A DNA stretch of 64,000 nucleotides from Planctomycetota bacterium (GTDB taxonomy: Bacteria; Planctomycetota; B15-G4; JADJEK01). A program made the translations under genes and the position numbers. The notes under the pieces were generated by a model. The model saw only the letters and a program-made list of their open reading frames with translations, was not told the DNA's origin and did not search any database. Location: the NCBI GenBank assembly GCA_044225365.1, contig JBGAIQ010000012.1, forward strand, positions 32,001-96,000, in the 5' to 3' direction. This document shows positions 10,382 through 20,760 of this stretch, one piece after another (position 1 is the first letter of the stretch; each line of letters opens with the position of its first letter).

Positions 10382-11107
10382 ATGCCTATCCAGGTCTCCG
10401 AGATCGCTCCGGACGTCTTCCGAATCGCCACGTATCTGCCCGGGCCCGATCTCCAATTCGCTCAGTTCGTCGTCCGCGACGAGGAGCCGTTGCTCTATCA
10501 CACCGGGTCGAAGCGGATGCTCGAAGATGTGCTCGAGGGCGTGCGGAAGGTCGTCGATCCCGCCCGCATCCGATGGATCGGATTCAGTCACTACGAATCG
10601 GACGAGTGCGGCTCGCTGAACGACTGGCTTTCGATCGCCAAAGACGCGACCGCGGTATGCAGCTTCGTCGGCGCGGAAGTGAGCGTGAACGACACGTCGA
10701 TCCGGCCAGCGCGCGGAATGCGGGACGGCGAGGTGTTCTCGACCGGGAAGCGCCGTTTCAGATTCCTCTCCACGCCGCACGTCCCGCATTGTTGGGAGGC
10801 CGGCCTCCTGTTCGAGGAGACCGAAGCCACGCTGTTCTGCTCCGACCTGTTCCATCAGAACGGTGATGTCGAGGCTCTCACGGAGAAGAGCGTGCTCGAT
10901 CGAGTGCGGAATACCCTCGTGATGTATCAAGCCTCGCCGTTTGCGAACTACCTTCCTTACACGGGACACACCGACGGAATCGTTCGGAGTCTTGCCAAAC
11001 TGGGGCCCAAGACGCTCGCCACGATGCACGGATCGATCTTCCATGGCGACGGCGCACGGGAGATCCACGGGCTCGCGGATGTCCTGCGCGAGGTGCTGGC
11101 ACACTGA
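10382..11107 (+). CDS. MBL-fold metallo-hydrolase (flavodiiron/ODP-like di-iron domain)
   Basis: [30 protein letters not shown]; start ATG 10382. Confidence 0.88.
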   Translation: MPIQVSEIAPDVFRIATYLPGPDLQFAQFVVRDEEPLLYHTGSKRMLEDVLEGVRKVVDPARIRWIGFSHYESDECGSLNDWLSIAKDATAVCSFVGAEVSVNDTSIRPARGMRDGEVFSTGKRRFRFLSTPHVPHCWEAGLLFEETEATLFCSDLFHQNGDVEALTEKSVLDRVRNTLVMYQASPFANYLPYTGHTDGIVRSLAKLGPKTLATMHGSIFHGDGAREIHGLADVLREVLAH

Positions 11108-11155
11108 CGATGATTCCGATCCAACAACGAGGGTGCTGGCCAACACGGGCAGCGA

Positions 11156-11659
11156 ATGAAGATCACAGCGAAGATCACGGATATCACGAAGTGCAAGGTC
11201 GAGGCGATCGTGAACGCGGCGAACGAGCAGCTCGCTCCGGGCGGAGGCGTATGCGGCGCGATCCATCGAGGAGCTGGGCCCGGACTCGCGGCAGCCTGTA
11301 AGCGTATCGCGCCGTGCCCGACTGGGGAGGCGCGAATCACTCCGGGCTTCGAACTCGAAGCGCTGTTCGTCATCCACGCTGTGGGTCCCGTCTGGCGCGG
11401 CGGACAGATGGGAGAAGCCGATAAGCTTGCGTCGGCCTATCGCAGCGCTCTCGAACTGGCGGAGAAGAACCGCGTGAAGTCGATCGCGTTCCCCGCGATC
11501 TCGACGGGGATCTACGGGTTTCCGCTCGCCGCGGCAACCTCGATCGCGGTGCGAACCGTGCAGGAGTTCGCGCTCACGGCGCGATGCCTGGAGACGGTCG
11601 TCTTTGCCTGCTTCAACGCCGATTCCCTCGCATCCTACCGCAGCGCCGGCATTTCGTAG
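11156..11659 (+). CDS. Macro domain protein (O-acetyl-ADP-ribose deacetylase, YmdB-like)
   Basis: AIVNAAN, GGGVCGAIH, VIHAVGPVW, AFPAISTGIYGFP. Confidence 0.95.
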   Translation: MKITAKITDITKCKVEAIVNAANEQLAPGGGVCGAIHRGAGPGLAAACKRIAPCPTGEARITPGFELEALFVIHAVGPVWRGGQMGEADKLASAYRSALELAEKNRVKSIAFPAISTGIYGFPLAAATSIAVRTVQEFALTARCLETVVFACFNADSLASYRSAGIS

Positions 11660-11721
11660 GGGCGCACGGCTGTGCGCCCGAATTCGGCAATCAAGCCGGG
11701 CAGACAGCCGTCTGCCCCTAC
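11656..11721. repeat. Inverted pair of GTAG-family REP elements
   Basis: GTAGGGGCGCACGGCTGTGCGCCC (11656-11679) and GGGCAGACAGCCGTCTGCCCCTAC (11698-11721); each is a hairpin with a GTAG foot. Further copies at 47202 and 56958. Confidence 0.85.
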
Positions 11722-13946
11722 GGGAGCTCGCGCGTGGCGACGGCGGATTGCACCGGATTCGGCGACGTTCCGGCCTCCGTTGCCTGGAAATGGAGCGTCA
11801 AACCCGAGAGGCCCGGAGGAACGCCGACGCTCCACGTCACGGTTCCTGCGGCATTCGCGATCCCGGTGAAGATCACGTATGCGAACGGATTGGGAAGGAC
11901 GGCGAGGTCGAGGTCGACCGCCCACGCCGGATCGGTGAGGGCGAAGGTCCCGATCGCCGTCGAGTAGAGAACGGCTTCGAACGCGCTGGCATCGCAACCG
12001 CCCAGGGTGAAATTCGCGGTGCTCCCCGCGGACAGCGAGAGAGGTAGATTGAGCGAGAGCGTCGACGGCTGCCCGATGGCGAACTCCGCGAGCAATCGAA
12101 CGTACGCCGCCTGCATCGGGATGTGACACTCCGTGAGCTCCCATGAGTTCTGCGGCCAATCCGCGTTCCAGTCCTTGAAGCTCTTCAGAACCGGCTGTCC
12201 CATGGGGGGCACGAGTGGCGGGCCCGCGTAGGCAGGATCGGGTGCGAACGATGGATTCACACCGCCGACCAAGTATCCGGGCGGTGGCCCGCTCGGCGAA
12301 GTGAGCGCGTTGTCGTAGATCGTGCCGTCCGCGAACCAGGCGGAGTAGAACTCGGGAAGGCTGTTCTCGGCGCCGAGCGACGCCATGTTCGTCAGATAAC
12401 AATAACCCGTGGGGTTCACTCCGTGGATGTAATGTAGGTAGTCCTCGGCCGCCGTGCGATAGAGGGCGGCATTCGGCGTATCGAGCCCGCGACGGTTCAT
12501 CGCCATGAACATCGAGCCCTCACGGCACTTGGTCCGATTGGAGCCCCAGGTGTGGTCCTGGTCGTAGAGGAATGCGCGATACGCGTCGCTCTGCCCTGTG
12601 AATTGCGCCAGGTGATCCGCACCCTTCATCAAGTTCGCGTACGTGGTGCGAATCGTTTGCGCGAGCGAGAGCGTCGCGCCCGGAGTTTCCGCGTATGTCA
12701 GGAGCGCTTCCTGCCAATCCTGCTCGAAGGGAGATGCCCATCCCCATTGGATCATGTGCGACGCATTCGCATTGCTCTCGACGAAAGTCTTGTACTTGGC
12801 GAGTTTCGTGGCGCGATACAAATGCACCGCGGCACGCATCCGGTTCATCTGTTGTTCGTAGGCCGAGTCCTCCGCGGCGGCGTTCTGGAATCCGGCATTG
12901 TCGTAGGCGGATGGGATCTGTGCGGGATGCGCTTCCAGCCAATTCCACGCACCGATGGCCGCAACGCGTAATTGCGCTCCAAAGGCCTGACTCGAGGCAT
13001 CGGGGCGAGCTTCGAAGTCCAGAGCGGCGCGCGCGAACGCGCCGCAGGCGGAGATCGTCGCCGAGGCCGTCGCCGGCGCGTAGCGTCGAGGAGCGGTGTC
13101 CGTGCTCGGTGGACTACCCGCCGCGAAATTCGTCACCGATACCTTGTGAAGCACCGATCCGTCGGGGTTCTGCATCTTCAGCATCCACGAGAGTTCGTAA
13201 CGGATCTCGTCGAGGATGTCGGGAACGCCGTTGCCGGACTCGGGAATGCCTTCGTCGTCGGGCCAGCCGAGCGGATCGATCTCGTACGCGCCGAGCAGAT
13301 CCTGCAACGCGTCGTCGGCGTAGTTGATGTACTTGTTGTAGTCCCCAGCGTCGTGCCAGCCGCCCGACAAGTCCTTCGATGTTGCGGGAACAGGATTGCT
13401 GACGAGCCGACAATCGAGGTCCTGTTGGCCGTGGAGATGGCACGCGGTGTCGGTCCACTTCGAACCCGTGAACGGAGTCGATTTCGGCGCTCCGCATCGT
13501 TGCTGGTAGTACATCTTCATCGCGGTTCGAAGGACGGAATCGTAGACGTCCTTGTCGATCGGGAAGTCCTCGGAGCGCGCCGCCGTCGCGGGATCGATCA
13601 CGTAGAAGACGCCGGGCGATTGAAAGGAACTGAAGTCGAACCACCAGACCTTGTCACCGGATTGCGAGTGCGTCGCTCCGGCTTTCCAGGGGATCGCTTG
13701 TCCGGAGAATACGACCGCGTCGTCGCTCGATCGCTTCACTTGGATCGTCGACGGCGACGTGTAGTTCGCGGGAGCGTCGTAGCCCGTTACGGGCGCACGG
13801 AAGATCGCCATCTTCGTCGCTCGGGGCCGATAGCCGAACGGATCGACGCGGACGTGAAGGTCGCTGGGGGCACCGGATGCCGTGCTTGCGAAGAATACGA
13901 TTAGGAACGAAGCGGCCAATGCACCACCGCGCGAAGACATGAGCAT
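11718..13946 (-). CDS. Glycoside hydrolase family 9 (N-terminal Ig-like domain + GH9 catalytic domain) with extra C-terminal domain
   Basis: GGAGG RBS before ATG 13946; signal peptide; YYQQRCG, GGWHDAGDYNKY, PDILDEIRYEL, SWELTE catalytic motifs. Confidence 0.9.
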   Translation of the reverse strand: MLMSSRGGALAASFLIVFFASTASGAPSDLHVRVDPFGYRPRATKMAIFRAPVTGYDAPANYTSPSTIQVKRSSDDAVVFSGQAIPWKAGATHSQSGDKVWWFDFSSFQSPGVFYVIDPATAARSEDFPIDKDVYDSVLRTAMKMYYQQRCGAPKSTPFTGSKWTDTACHLHGQQDLDCRLVSNPVPATSKDLSGGWHDAGDYNKYINYADDALQDLLGAYEIDPLGWPDDEGIPESGNGVPDILDEIRYELSWMLKMQNPDGSVLHKVSVTNFAAGSPPSTDTAPRRYAPATASATISACGAFARAALDFEARPDASSQAFGAQLRVAAIGAWNWLEAHPAQIPSAYDNAGFQNAAAEDSAYEQQMNRMRAAVHLYRATKLAKYKTFVESNANASHMIQWGWASPFEQDWQEALLTYAETPGATLSLAQTIRTTYANLMKGADHLAQFTGQSDAYRAFLYDQDHTWGSNRTKCREGSMFMAMNRRGLDTPNAALYRTAAEDYLHYIHGVNPTGYCYLTNMASLGAENSLPEFYSAWFADGTIYDNALTSPSGPPPGYLVGGVNPSFAPDPAYAGPPLVPPMGQPVLKSFKDWNADWPQNSWELTECHIPMQAAYVRLLAEFAIGQPSTLSLNLPLSLSAGSTANFTLGGCDASAFEAVLYSTAIGTFALTDPAWAVDLDLAVLPNPFAYVIFTGIANAAGTVTWSVGVPPGLSGLTLHFQATEAGTSPNPVQSAVATRELP

Positions 13947-14119
13947 GTTGCCTCCCTGGATGGTGCTTCGACGAACCGCAGCGCGAAAGGTTCGCGAAAG
14001 CCGTGAATCGAGTCCTTGTCGGCGTGGTCCGACCTCCGTTGCAGGTAAATGCCCTCTCGACGTCACGACTTGGCGCGTACAGTTGCGGCCGATTCCGATT
14101 TGTCTCCCCGAGCATCGTC

Positions 14120-14605
14120 ATGCGAATCCTCATCTTCGGAAACTCCGGCTCCGGCAAATCGCACCTCGCGAAGCGACTCGCCCGTGAGCACTCCCTTCCC
14201 CATCTCGACCTCGACACGATCGTATGGGAGCCTGGCAAGATCGCGGTGCAGCGAGACATGGAATCCGTACGAGGAGACCTCGCAAGGTTCATCACGGAGC
14301 ACAGCGGATTCGTGATCGAGGGATGCTACGGCGAACTCATCGAATGGGCGCTGCCGCATTGCGACGAGCTGGTGTTCATGAACCCAGGACTGGAGACGTG
14401 CGTCGAGAACAACCGTCGCCGGCCTTGGGAGCAGCACAAATACGCGTCGAACAGCGCGCAACAGCGGATGCTTCCGATGTTGCTCTCGTGGGTCGAAGAT
14501 TATTATCGGCGCGACGACGCTTGGTCGCTTTCATTCCATCGCCGCTTGTTCGACTCGTTCACAGGTCGCAAGCGTGAGGTCACCACGCAGGATTCCACAC
14601 CATGA
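14120..14605 (+). CDS. P-loop kinase (FlaR/shikimate-kinase-like)
   Basis: MRILIFGNSGSGKS Walker A, HLDLD, VIEGCY. Confidence 0.85.
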   Translation: MRILIFGNSGSGKSHLAKRLAREHSLPHLDLDTIVWEPGKIAVQRDMESVRGDLARFITEHSGFVIEGCYGELIEWALPHCDELVFMNPGLETCVENNRRRPWEQHKYASNSAQQRMLPMLLSWVEDYYRRDDAWSLSFHRRLFDSFTGRKREVTTQDSTP

Positions 14606-15036
14606 ATTTCTCGCCCACGTGGGTCCATTGGGCGCTGTTCTCGGCTGGCTTCGCCGCACTGACGGCCATCTTCGCGAAGATAGGACTGAAGGGAATCGAT
14701 TCCGATCTCGCGACGCTCGTTCGCACCTTCGTCATCATCCTCGTCCTCGGCGCATTCGTGTACGCGACGGGCAAGTGGACCAATCCGCTCGCGTTGCCGA
14801 ACAAGACGCTCGGCTTCCTCGTGCTCTCCGGACTCGCCACGGGCGCCTCGTGGGTCTGCTATTTCCGCGCACTGAAAGCGGGCGACGCATCGAAGGTGGC
14901 GCCGATCGACAAGCTCAGCGTCGTGCTCGTCGCGATCTTCGCCGTGATCTTCCTCGGTGAGCGCCCGTCCGGCCGTGAGTGGCTGGGAATCGCAATGGTC
15001 GGCGCCGGAGTTCTCGTCCTCAGTCTCAAGAAGTGA
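14602..15036 (+). CDS. EamA/DMT family small transporter
   Basis: Five TM helices; SWVCYFRAL, VAPIDKLSVV, FLGER; ATGA overlap with the upstream gene. Confidence 0.92.
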   Translation: MNFSPTWVHWALFSAGFAALTAIFAKIGLKGIDSDLATLVRTFVIILVLGAFVYATGKWTNPLALPNKTLGFLVLSGLATGASWVCYFRALKAGDASKVAPIDKLSVVLVAIFAVIFLGERPSGREWLGIAMVGAGVLVLSLKK

Positions 15037-15063
15037 GTGTCCAATTTCGTAGAGGGTTCCTTC

Positions 15064-15549
15064 ATGACGCTTCACATCGAGATCGCGAAGCGCGCGGATT
15101 CACGATCCGTCCTGCGATGTACGCGAGAGGACGGAACGCAGACCTGGCAGAAGAAGCTCGGTGCGCAGTCCGCGTTCTTCCCGTTCCACGATATCGTTCA
15201 CTACAGCGTCGAATCGGTGCTCGGCCTCCGGCAGGGTTTCTATGGGCTCGTCGCGTCGGGGTGGGACATCGAGGACACCGATGGAAAGGGCAAGCGCGGC
15301 GCGATCCCGAAGGCCACGATCCTCGCGGAGCACATCGTCAATCTGTTCGCGAACGAGCTGACGAGTGGGAAGTCGTGGGAGATCACCGAACTCAACGAGC
15401 AGCTCGCGTTCATCGCGTCGAAGGACGATCTTCCGCCACCGCCCCGCTTCACGGACGCCGTCGCCGAGCGCGTGCGTTCGAGGATCGCGGAGCTGCTTGC
15501 GAGGTATTCCTCGTTGGAAGCGGGCGAGAGACTCGAGCTCGAATTCTGA
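15064..15549 (+). CDS. Hypothetical protein
   Basis: Co-oriented in the operon; HDIVHYSVE motif (possible metal site); GC-frame codon use. Confidence 0.7.
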   Translation: MTLHIEIAKRADSRSVLRCTREDGTQTWQKKLGAQSAFFPFHDIVHYSVESVLGLRQGFYGLVASGWDIEDTDGKGKRGAIPKATILAEHIVNLFANELTSGKSWEITELNEQLAFIASKDDLPPPPRFTDAVAERVRSRIAELLARYSSLEAGERLELEF

Positions 15550-15617
15550 GTGCATGGATCGGAGCGCTGAGTCGCTGCGCGATGGCGCAACGCGCCGATC
15601 AGCGTTAGATTCGGGCC

Positions 15618-17975
15618 ATGATCGGAATCTCCTTCTCCACTCTCGTCCTCATCTCCTTCATTTCGCCCGCGCCGGTTCTTCCGGCGGCTTCCGGGACGGC
15701 TCCCTCGGCGCTCGAGCGCGCGGGAGGGAATCGCTCCGAGATCGAGAAGGCTCTGACGACGGCGCCCGACGAACAGAAGTCGGCGATGAAGTGGCTCGTC
15801 GATCACATGCCCGAGGAGGATCTGCGGAAGCTCCCCGCGAGTTTCCTGCTCGGCAATTGTGACGAGGCATATCGAGCGTGGAAGGCCGCGCCGTGGCAGG
15901 AATGCGTCCCCGAGGACGTGTTCCTCGACGCGATCCTGCCCTACGCGAGCATCGACGAACGGCGCGACGATTGGCGCCATGACTTCCACGAGCGATTCAT
16001 GCCGTTCGTGATGGATGCGAAGACCGTCGCGCAAGCGACGACGATCCTCAATCGCGAGGTGTTCAAGACGACGGGCGTTCATTACTCGACGAAGCGACCG
16101 AAGGCCGATCAGAGCCCGTACGAGACGATCGAAGCGAAGCTCGCGTCCTGCACCGGACTCTCCGTCCTGCTGATCGATGCGTGTCGCGCGTGCGGGATTC
16201 CCGCGCGATTCGCGGGCACGCCGCTCTGGTCCGACGACAGCGGCAATCACTCGTGGGTCGAGGTCTGGGACGGCGCCTGGCATTTCACGGGCGCGGCGGA
16301 GCCGCCCGGTGATGGCGCGCTCGACAGCGCGTGGTTCGCGGGGCGTGCGGCGACGGCGACGACCGATGATCCGCGGCACGCGATCTACGCGGTCACCTGG
16401 CGCGAGTCGCCGATCTCGTTCCCCATGGTCTGGAAGCCGTGGGACAAGAGCGTCCGCGCGATCGACGTGACCGACCGCTACACGACCGCGGCGAAGAAGC
16501 CGGAACCCGGAATGGCGCGCGTTCGCTTCCGCGTCGTGGACAAGGCGGGTCGGGTCGCGACGAAGGTCACGGTGCAGGATGCGCAGCAGCTAAGCGGCAA
16601 GCCACTGTTCGAAGGCCTCTCGAAGGACGAGCGGTTCGACGCCAATGACCATCTGACGGCGATCCTGCCGATCGGTACGAAGGTGAGGATCGTCGTCGGC
16701 GGCAAGGAGTCCGACCAAACGATCGAGCGCGACGAGCAGCTCTTCGACTTCTCCCTCGACGATTCCAAGGAAGCGGCGGCCGTCGCTCCACCCTCGCCCG
16801 CGGTGAAGAGCACCGCGATCGCGAGCACCGCCGCGAGCGCGCTCGCCGCGTACCTCGAGAAGAACGGCACGGCGCAGCTCGGCGATCAGGACTTCGCGAA
16901 GGCGCAGATTCGCAAGTCCGAGGTCGACGGCATCCTCGACATCCTGTGGAAGCACCACGTCGCGACGATTCGCAAGGAGCGCGCGAAGGAAGTCGAGTCG
17001 CGCCTCATCGAGATCACCGGGCACAAGATGCCGTTCTGGTATCGCACGTTCGGGGAGAAACCGAAGAACGGACGCAGTCTCTACATCTCGATGCACGGCG
17101 GCGGCGGGGCGCCGAAGGAAGTGAACGATCAGCAGTGGGAGAATCAGAAGAAGTTGTACGCGCCCGACGAAGGGATCTACCTCGCACCGCGCGCGCCGAC
17201 CGATACCTGGAATTTATGGCACGAAGCCCATATCGACGCTTGCTTCGACCGCCTCATCGAGGATCTCATCGTCTTCGAGGACGTCGATCCCGATCGCGTG
17301 TACATCATGGGCTACAGCGCGGGCGGTGACGGCGTCTACCAACTCGCACCGCGAATTGCCGACCGACTCGCCGCCGCGGCGATGATGGCGGGCCACCCGA
17401 ACGAGACGCGGCCCGACGGACTGCGCAACATCGGCTTTGCCCTGCACATGGGCGCGAACGACTCCGCCTACGATCGCAACAAGATCGCCGCGCAGTGGAT
17501 CGAGAAGCTCGATGAACTGAGCAAGAGCGATCCCGGCGGTTACGTTCACGTCGGCGAACTCCATGCCGGCAAGGGCCATTGGATGGATCGCGAGGACAAA
17601 GTCGCCGTGCCGTGGATGGCGAAGTTCACGCGCGATCCTCGGCCGCTGAAAGTGGTGTGGCTGCAAGACGACGTCACGCATCGCCGCTTCTACTGGCTCG
17701 GAATGGATGATCCCAAGGGCGGCGAACGCGTCGTTGCGAAGCGCGGAGGTCAGACCTTCGAGATCCTCGAAGCCACCGGCGTGAGTACGTTGAGGATCTA
17801 TCTCGACGACATCATGGTCGACCTCGACGACGACGTGATCGTGACGTGGGGCGGCAAAGAAGTGTTCCGCGGCAAGGCCACCCGCAACATCGCGGAGATG
17901 TCCCGCACTCTCGACGAGCGAGGCGATCCGCACGGCGTCTACAGCGCCGAGATCACCGTGCACGCGCCCGATTGA
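15618..17975 (+). CDS. Secreted transglutaminase-like + alpha/beta-hydrolase (esterase/PHA-depolymerase-like) fusion
   Basis: Signal peptide; ASCTGLS...NHSWVEVWDGAWHF (transglutaminase-like Cys/His); SMHGGGG, MGYSAGG, GAND, KGHWM (Ser-Asp-His). Confidence 0.85.
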   Translation: MIGISFSTLVLISFISPAPVLPAASGTAPSALERAGGNRSEIEKALTTAPDEQKSAMKWLVDHMPEEDLRKLPASFLLGNCDEAYRAWKAAPWQECVPEDVFLDAILPYASIDERRDDWRHDFHERFMPFVMDAKTVAQATTILNREVFKTTGVHYSTKRPKADQSPYETIEAKLASCTGLSVLLIDACRACGIPARFAGTPLWSDDSGNHSWVEVWDGAWHFTGAAEPPGDGALDSAWFAGRAATATTDDPRHAIYAVTWRESPISFPMVWKPWDKSVRAIDVTDRYTTAAKKPEPGMARVRFRVVDKAGRVATKVTVQDAQQLSGKPLFEGLSKDERFDANDHLTAILPIGTKVRIVVGGKESDQTIERDEQLFDFSLDDSKEAAAVAPPSPAVKSTAIASTAASALAAYLEKNGTAQLGDQDFAKAQIRKSEVDGILDILWKHHVATIRKERAKEVESRLIEITGHKMPFWYRTFGEKPKNGRSLYISMHGGGGAPKEVNDQQWENQKKLYAPDEGIYLAPRAPTDTWNLWHEAHIDACFDRLIEDLIVFEDVDPDRVYIMGYSAGGDGVYQLAPRIADRLAAAAMMAGHPNETRPDGLRNIGFALHMGANDSAYDRNKIAAQWIEKLDELSKSDPGGYVHVGELHAGKGHWMDREDKVAVPWMAKFTRDPRPLKVVWLQDDVTHRRFYWLGMDDPKGGERVVAKRGGQTFEILEATGVSTLRIYLDDIMVDLDDDVIVTWGGKEVFRGKATRNIAEMSRTLDERGDPHGVYSAEITVHAPD

Positions 17976-17984
17976 GAAATCGCT

Positions 17985-18767
17985 CTACTTCCGGAGTCGA
18001 TGGGTATTGACAGCGGAGATCGCCGCCGCGGCGAGCGCGTTGTTCGAATTGCGCTCCGCGACGGCAGCCGCTTGCAGTCCGAGCGCCGCGAGTGCCACCT
18101 CGACCGTGCGACCCATCGCCGCGATCGAGGTGCGACGCAGGCACGCCTTCGCGCGTTCGGGGCCGATCTGCTCGACGATCGCGGTGACGGCGGAACCCGC
18201 AGCGAACGTCACGGCGTCGATCTCTCCCGCGAGGAGCGATTTCTCGAACGCCTCGATCGCGGTGAGCGGTGCGGCGACGTTCGAATAGACGACGACCTCG
18301 TCGACGGTCGCTCCGGCTTCGCGTAGCGCCACGGGGAGCACCGCGTCCGCGCGGTCGCCGCGCGCGACGAGCACTCGCACACCTCGCACTTGCCTCTCGA
18401 GTTCGCTCGCGAGCGTACGGCCATCCGTGGCGACGACCGCGGCGCTGAAGCCTCGTGCTTTCAGAGCTTCCGCCGTCTTCTTCCCGACCGCCGCGAACCG
18501 CACTCGCGAGAGTCCTCCGCGATCGATCGGATCGGCGAGGAGCGTGTCGACGCCGTTGACGCTCGTAACGACGACGTAGTGAAAACTCGCAATGCCACGG
18601 CGCGCGGCGGCGAACGCAGCGAGGTCGGGAGCAGGGCCGATCACCGACGTCGGGTGTAGAACGACACGTGCACCGAGCGCCTCGATCGCGCTCTTCAGCT
18701 CCGCGGCGGAGTGGGCGGGGCGCGTCACGGCGACGATGGGTGCGTTCGAACTCATGGTGGGCGTCAT
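17985..18767 (-). CDS. hemD: Uroporphyrinogen-III synthase
   Basis: VAVTRP, VVTSVNGV, AAVGKKTAEAL, EVVVYSN, VTFAAGSAV, AAMGRTV. The start codon is approximate. Confidence 0.88.
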   Translation of the reverse strand: MTPTMSSNAPIVAVTRPAHSAAELKSAIEALGARVVLHPTSVIGPAPDLAAFAAARRGIASFHYVVVTSVNGVDTLLADPIDRGGLSRVRFAAVGKKTAEALKARGFSAAVVATDGRTLASELERQVRGVRVLVARGDRADAVLPVALREAGATVDEVVVYSNVAAPLTAIEAFEKSLLAGEIDAVTFAAGSAVTAIVEQIGPERAKACLRRTSIAAMGRTVEVALAALGLQAAAVAERNSNNALAAAAISAVNTHRLRK

Positions 18768-18960
18768 TCTCTCTGCTTCGCGGGACGTCTGGAGATTCGC
18801 GGTTCCGCGAATCATGCACGCTGGATGTGATGTTACTCCGGGCTGCTCGAATTCGTGCGAAGGATCACGGAGCCGGCGGAGCCCGTACTGTCCCGTCGCG
18901 TCATTCTGGAGTACGCTGTTCGTGGAAGACCGCCGAGAAGTCAACTCTGGAGATTCATCG

Positions 18961-20760
18961 ATGCAGTTTCTGGTTCTGGCGACGTCGCTCTGCGCCCTGG
19001 GGACGGTGAGTACGGGGACTGCGGGCGGACTCTCGATCGTCGCGCCAGGCGGTCAAGGCGGAGTGGGCGCATATCCCGTAGCGACGCCCACGACGAATTG
19101 TGTGCCGCAGGAACTCGAGGACAAGATCCACGCGGCCCTCGTGCGGTGGCAAGCGGCGCATCCCGGCACGCCGGAGAAGCAGCTCGCGGGATCGCCGCTC
19201 CTCGCCTCGACGTCGCTCGGGGCCGTCGCTTCCGAGGACGGGATCAACGGCAATTTCGTCGACCTCGATCCGACGTTCGGGTTCACGGACTTCTCCTGCC
19301 ACGATTTCACCTACGACGGTCACGCTGGCCACGACATCGGATTGCGCAGCTGGGCCGAGATGCAGATCGGCGTGCCGGTGTTCGCGGTGCGCGACGGCGT
19401 CATCGCGTTCGCGCAGGACGGCTTCCCGGACATGAACAATCAGCCCGGGGCGGACGACGGCAACTACGTGATCGTCGATCACGGTGGCGGCCAATTCGGT
19501 TGGTACTTCCATCTCAAGAAGAACAGCGTCGCGTTCGGCATCGGCCAGAGCGTGAAGCAGGGCGATCAGATCGGTCTCGCCGCATCGTCGGGATACAGCT
19601 ACGGGCCGCACTTGCATTTCCAGATCGAGCAGAACAATGCGGTCGTCGAGCCCATGGCGGGGCCGTGCGGGAACAAGACGAGCCTCTTCGCGCATCAAGA
19701 GCCTCTCGTGCTCGAACCACGTGCGATCGACTTCGGCGCGACGACGACCGATCTCTTCCAGTTCGGCCAACCCCTGCCGCTCGAACAGCCGAAGCAGGGA
19801 CAGATCCCACTGAACGCGGGATTCGTCTACTATTGGATGCAGCTCATGAACGTGCCGGCGAACGCGCAGGTCCACGTGCAGTTCCAGCGGCCGAATGGAA
19901 CGATCGCATTCGATACGACGTTTGGATTCGGTAACCCAACGCTCCTGCGCTACTGGCCGGGCTTCCTTTACTGGTGGGTCGCGGACATGCAGACGACGGT
20001 CGGCACCTGGCACTACCTCGTCGATTTCAACGGCACGAACGTCATCAACGCGCCGATCGACGTGGTCACGACCGTCAATCCCAACGCCAATCACGTCCCC
20101 GAGGCGGTGACGCCGACCTTCGATCCGCCGACGCCCTCGCCGAACATGGCGCTGTTCTGCTCGGTCAACGGCTCGCCGATCGTCGACGACCGCGACTGGG
20201 ACGTCGTTCGTTATCATTACGTTTGGAAGGTGAACGGATCGACCGTGCGCGACGTCGTTACAGCGGGGCGTCGCGATGCGCTCGCTCGGAACAAGTTCAG
20301 CGCGGGCCAGACCGTGTCCTGCACCGTCACGCCGAACGACGGCAAGATCGACGGTCCCGTCGCGACGGCGAGCGCGATCGCGGCCGCGGATCCGTGGACT
20401 TCGATCGGCGGCGGCAAGTACGGCACCAACGGTGTTCCCTATCTTTCGGGCACCGGCTCGCTCGCGCCGCTCTCGTCGGGCACATTGTCGCTCGCGCAGG
20501 CCAAGACCAACTCGCTCGCGCTGCTCTTCCTCGGCGTCGCGGCCGGCAACATCCCGTTCCTCGGCGGAACGCTCGTGCCCTTCCCGATCCTCACCTCGAT
20601 TTCGCTCAACACCGGTCCGACGGGCGGATTCACGCTGCCCTTCACGTGGCCCTCCGGCGTGCCGAGCGGAACGGTCGTCACCCTGCAGATGTGGATCCAG
20701 GATCCGTCGGCATGGCTCGGCGCTGCGTCGAGCAACGGTGTGAAGATCGTCGCGCCATGA
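18961..20760 (+). CDS. Secreted M23 family metallopeptidase with Ig-like domains and conserved C-terminal domain
   Basis: Signal peptide; HAGHDIG (HxxxD), GNYVIVDH, YFHL, GPHLHF (HxH); C-terminal GTNGVPYL...IPFLGGTLV...QMWIQDPSAWLGAASSNGVKIV. Confidence 0.9.
   Translation: MQFLVLATSLCALGTVSTGTAGGLSIVAPGGQGGVGAYPVATPTTNCVPQELEDKIHAALVRWQAAHPGTPEKQLAGSPLLASTSLGAVASEDGINGNFVDLDPTFGFTDFSCHDFTYDGHAGHDIGLRSWAEMQIGVPVFAVRDGVIAFAQDGFPDMNNQPGADDGNYVIVDHGGGQFGWYFHLKKNSVAFGIGQSVKQGDQIGLAASSGYSYGPHLHFQIEQNNAVVEPMAGPCGNKTSLFAHQEPLVLEPRAIDFGATTTDLFQFGQPLPLEQPKQGQIPLNAGFVYYWMQLMNVPANAQVHVQFQRPNGTIAFDTTFGFGNPTLLRYWPGFLYWWVADMQTTVGTWHYLVDFNGTNVINAPIDVVTTVNPNANHVPEAVTPTFDPPTPSPNMALFCSVNGSPIVDDRDWDVVRYHYVWKVNGSTVRDVVTAGRRDALARNKFSAGQTVSCTVTPNDGKIDGPVATASAIAAADPWTSIGGGKYGTNGVPYLSGTGSLAPLSSGTLSLAQAKTNSLALLFLGVAAGNIPFLGGTLVPFPILTSISLNTGPTGGFTLPFTWPSGVPSGTVVTLQMWIQDPSAWLGAASSNGVKIVAP

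Noticed and set aside
15550-15617. GTTAGAT at 15604-15610 resembling an integron attC core site after a small gene
   Set aside because: No matching RYYYAAC inverse core after the stop, no similar sites between neighbouring genes and no integrase.
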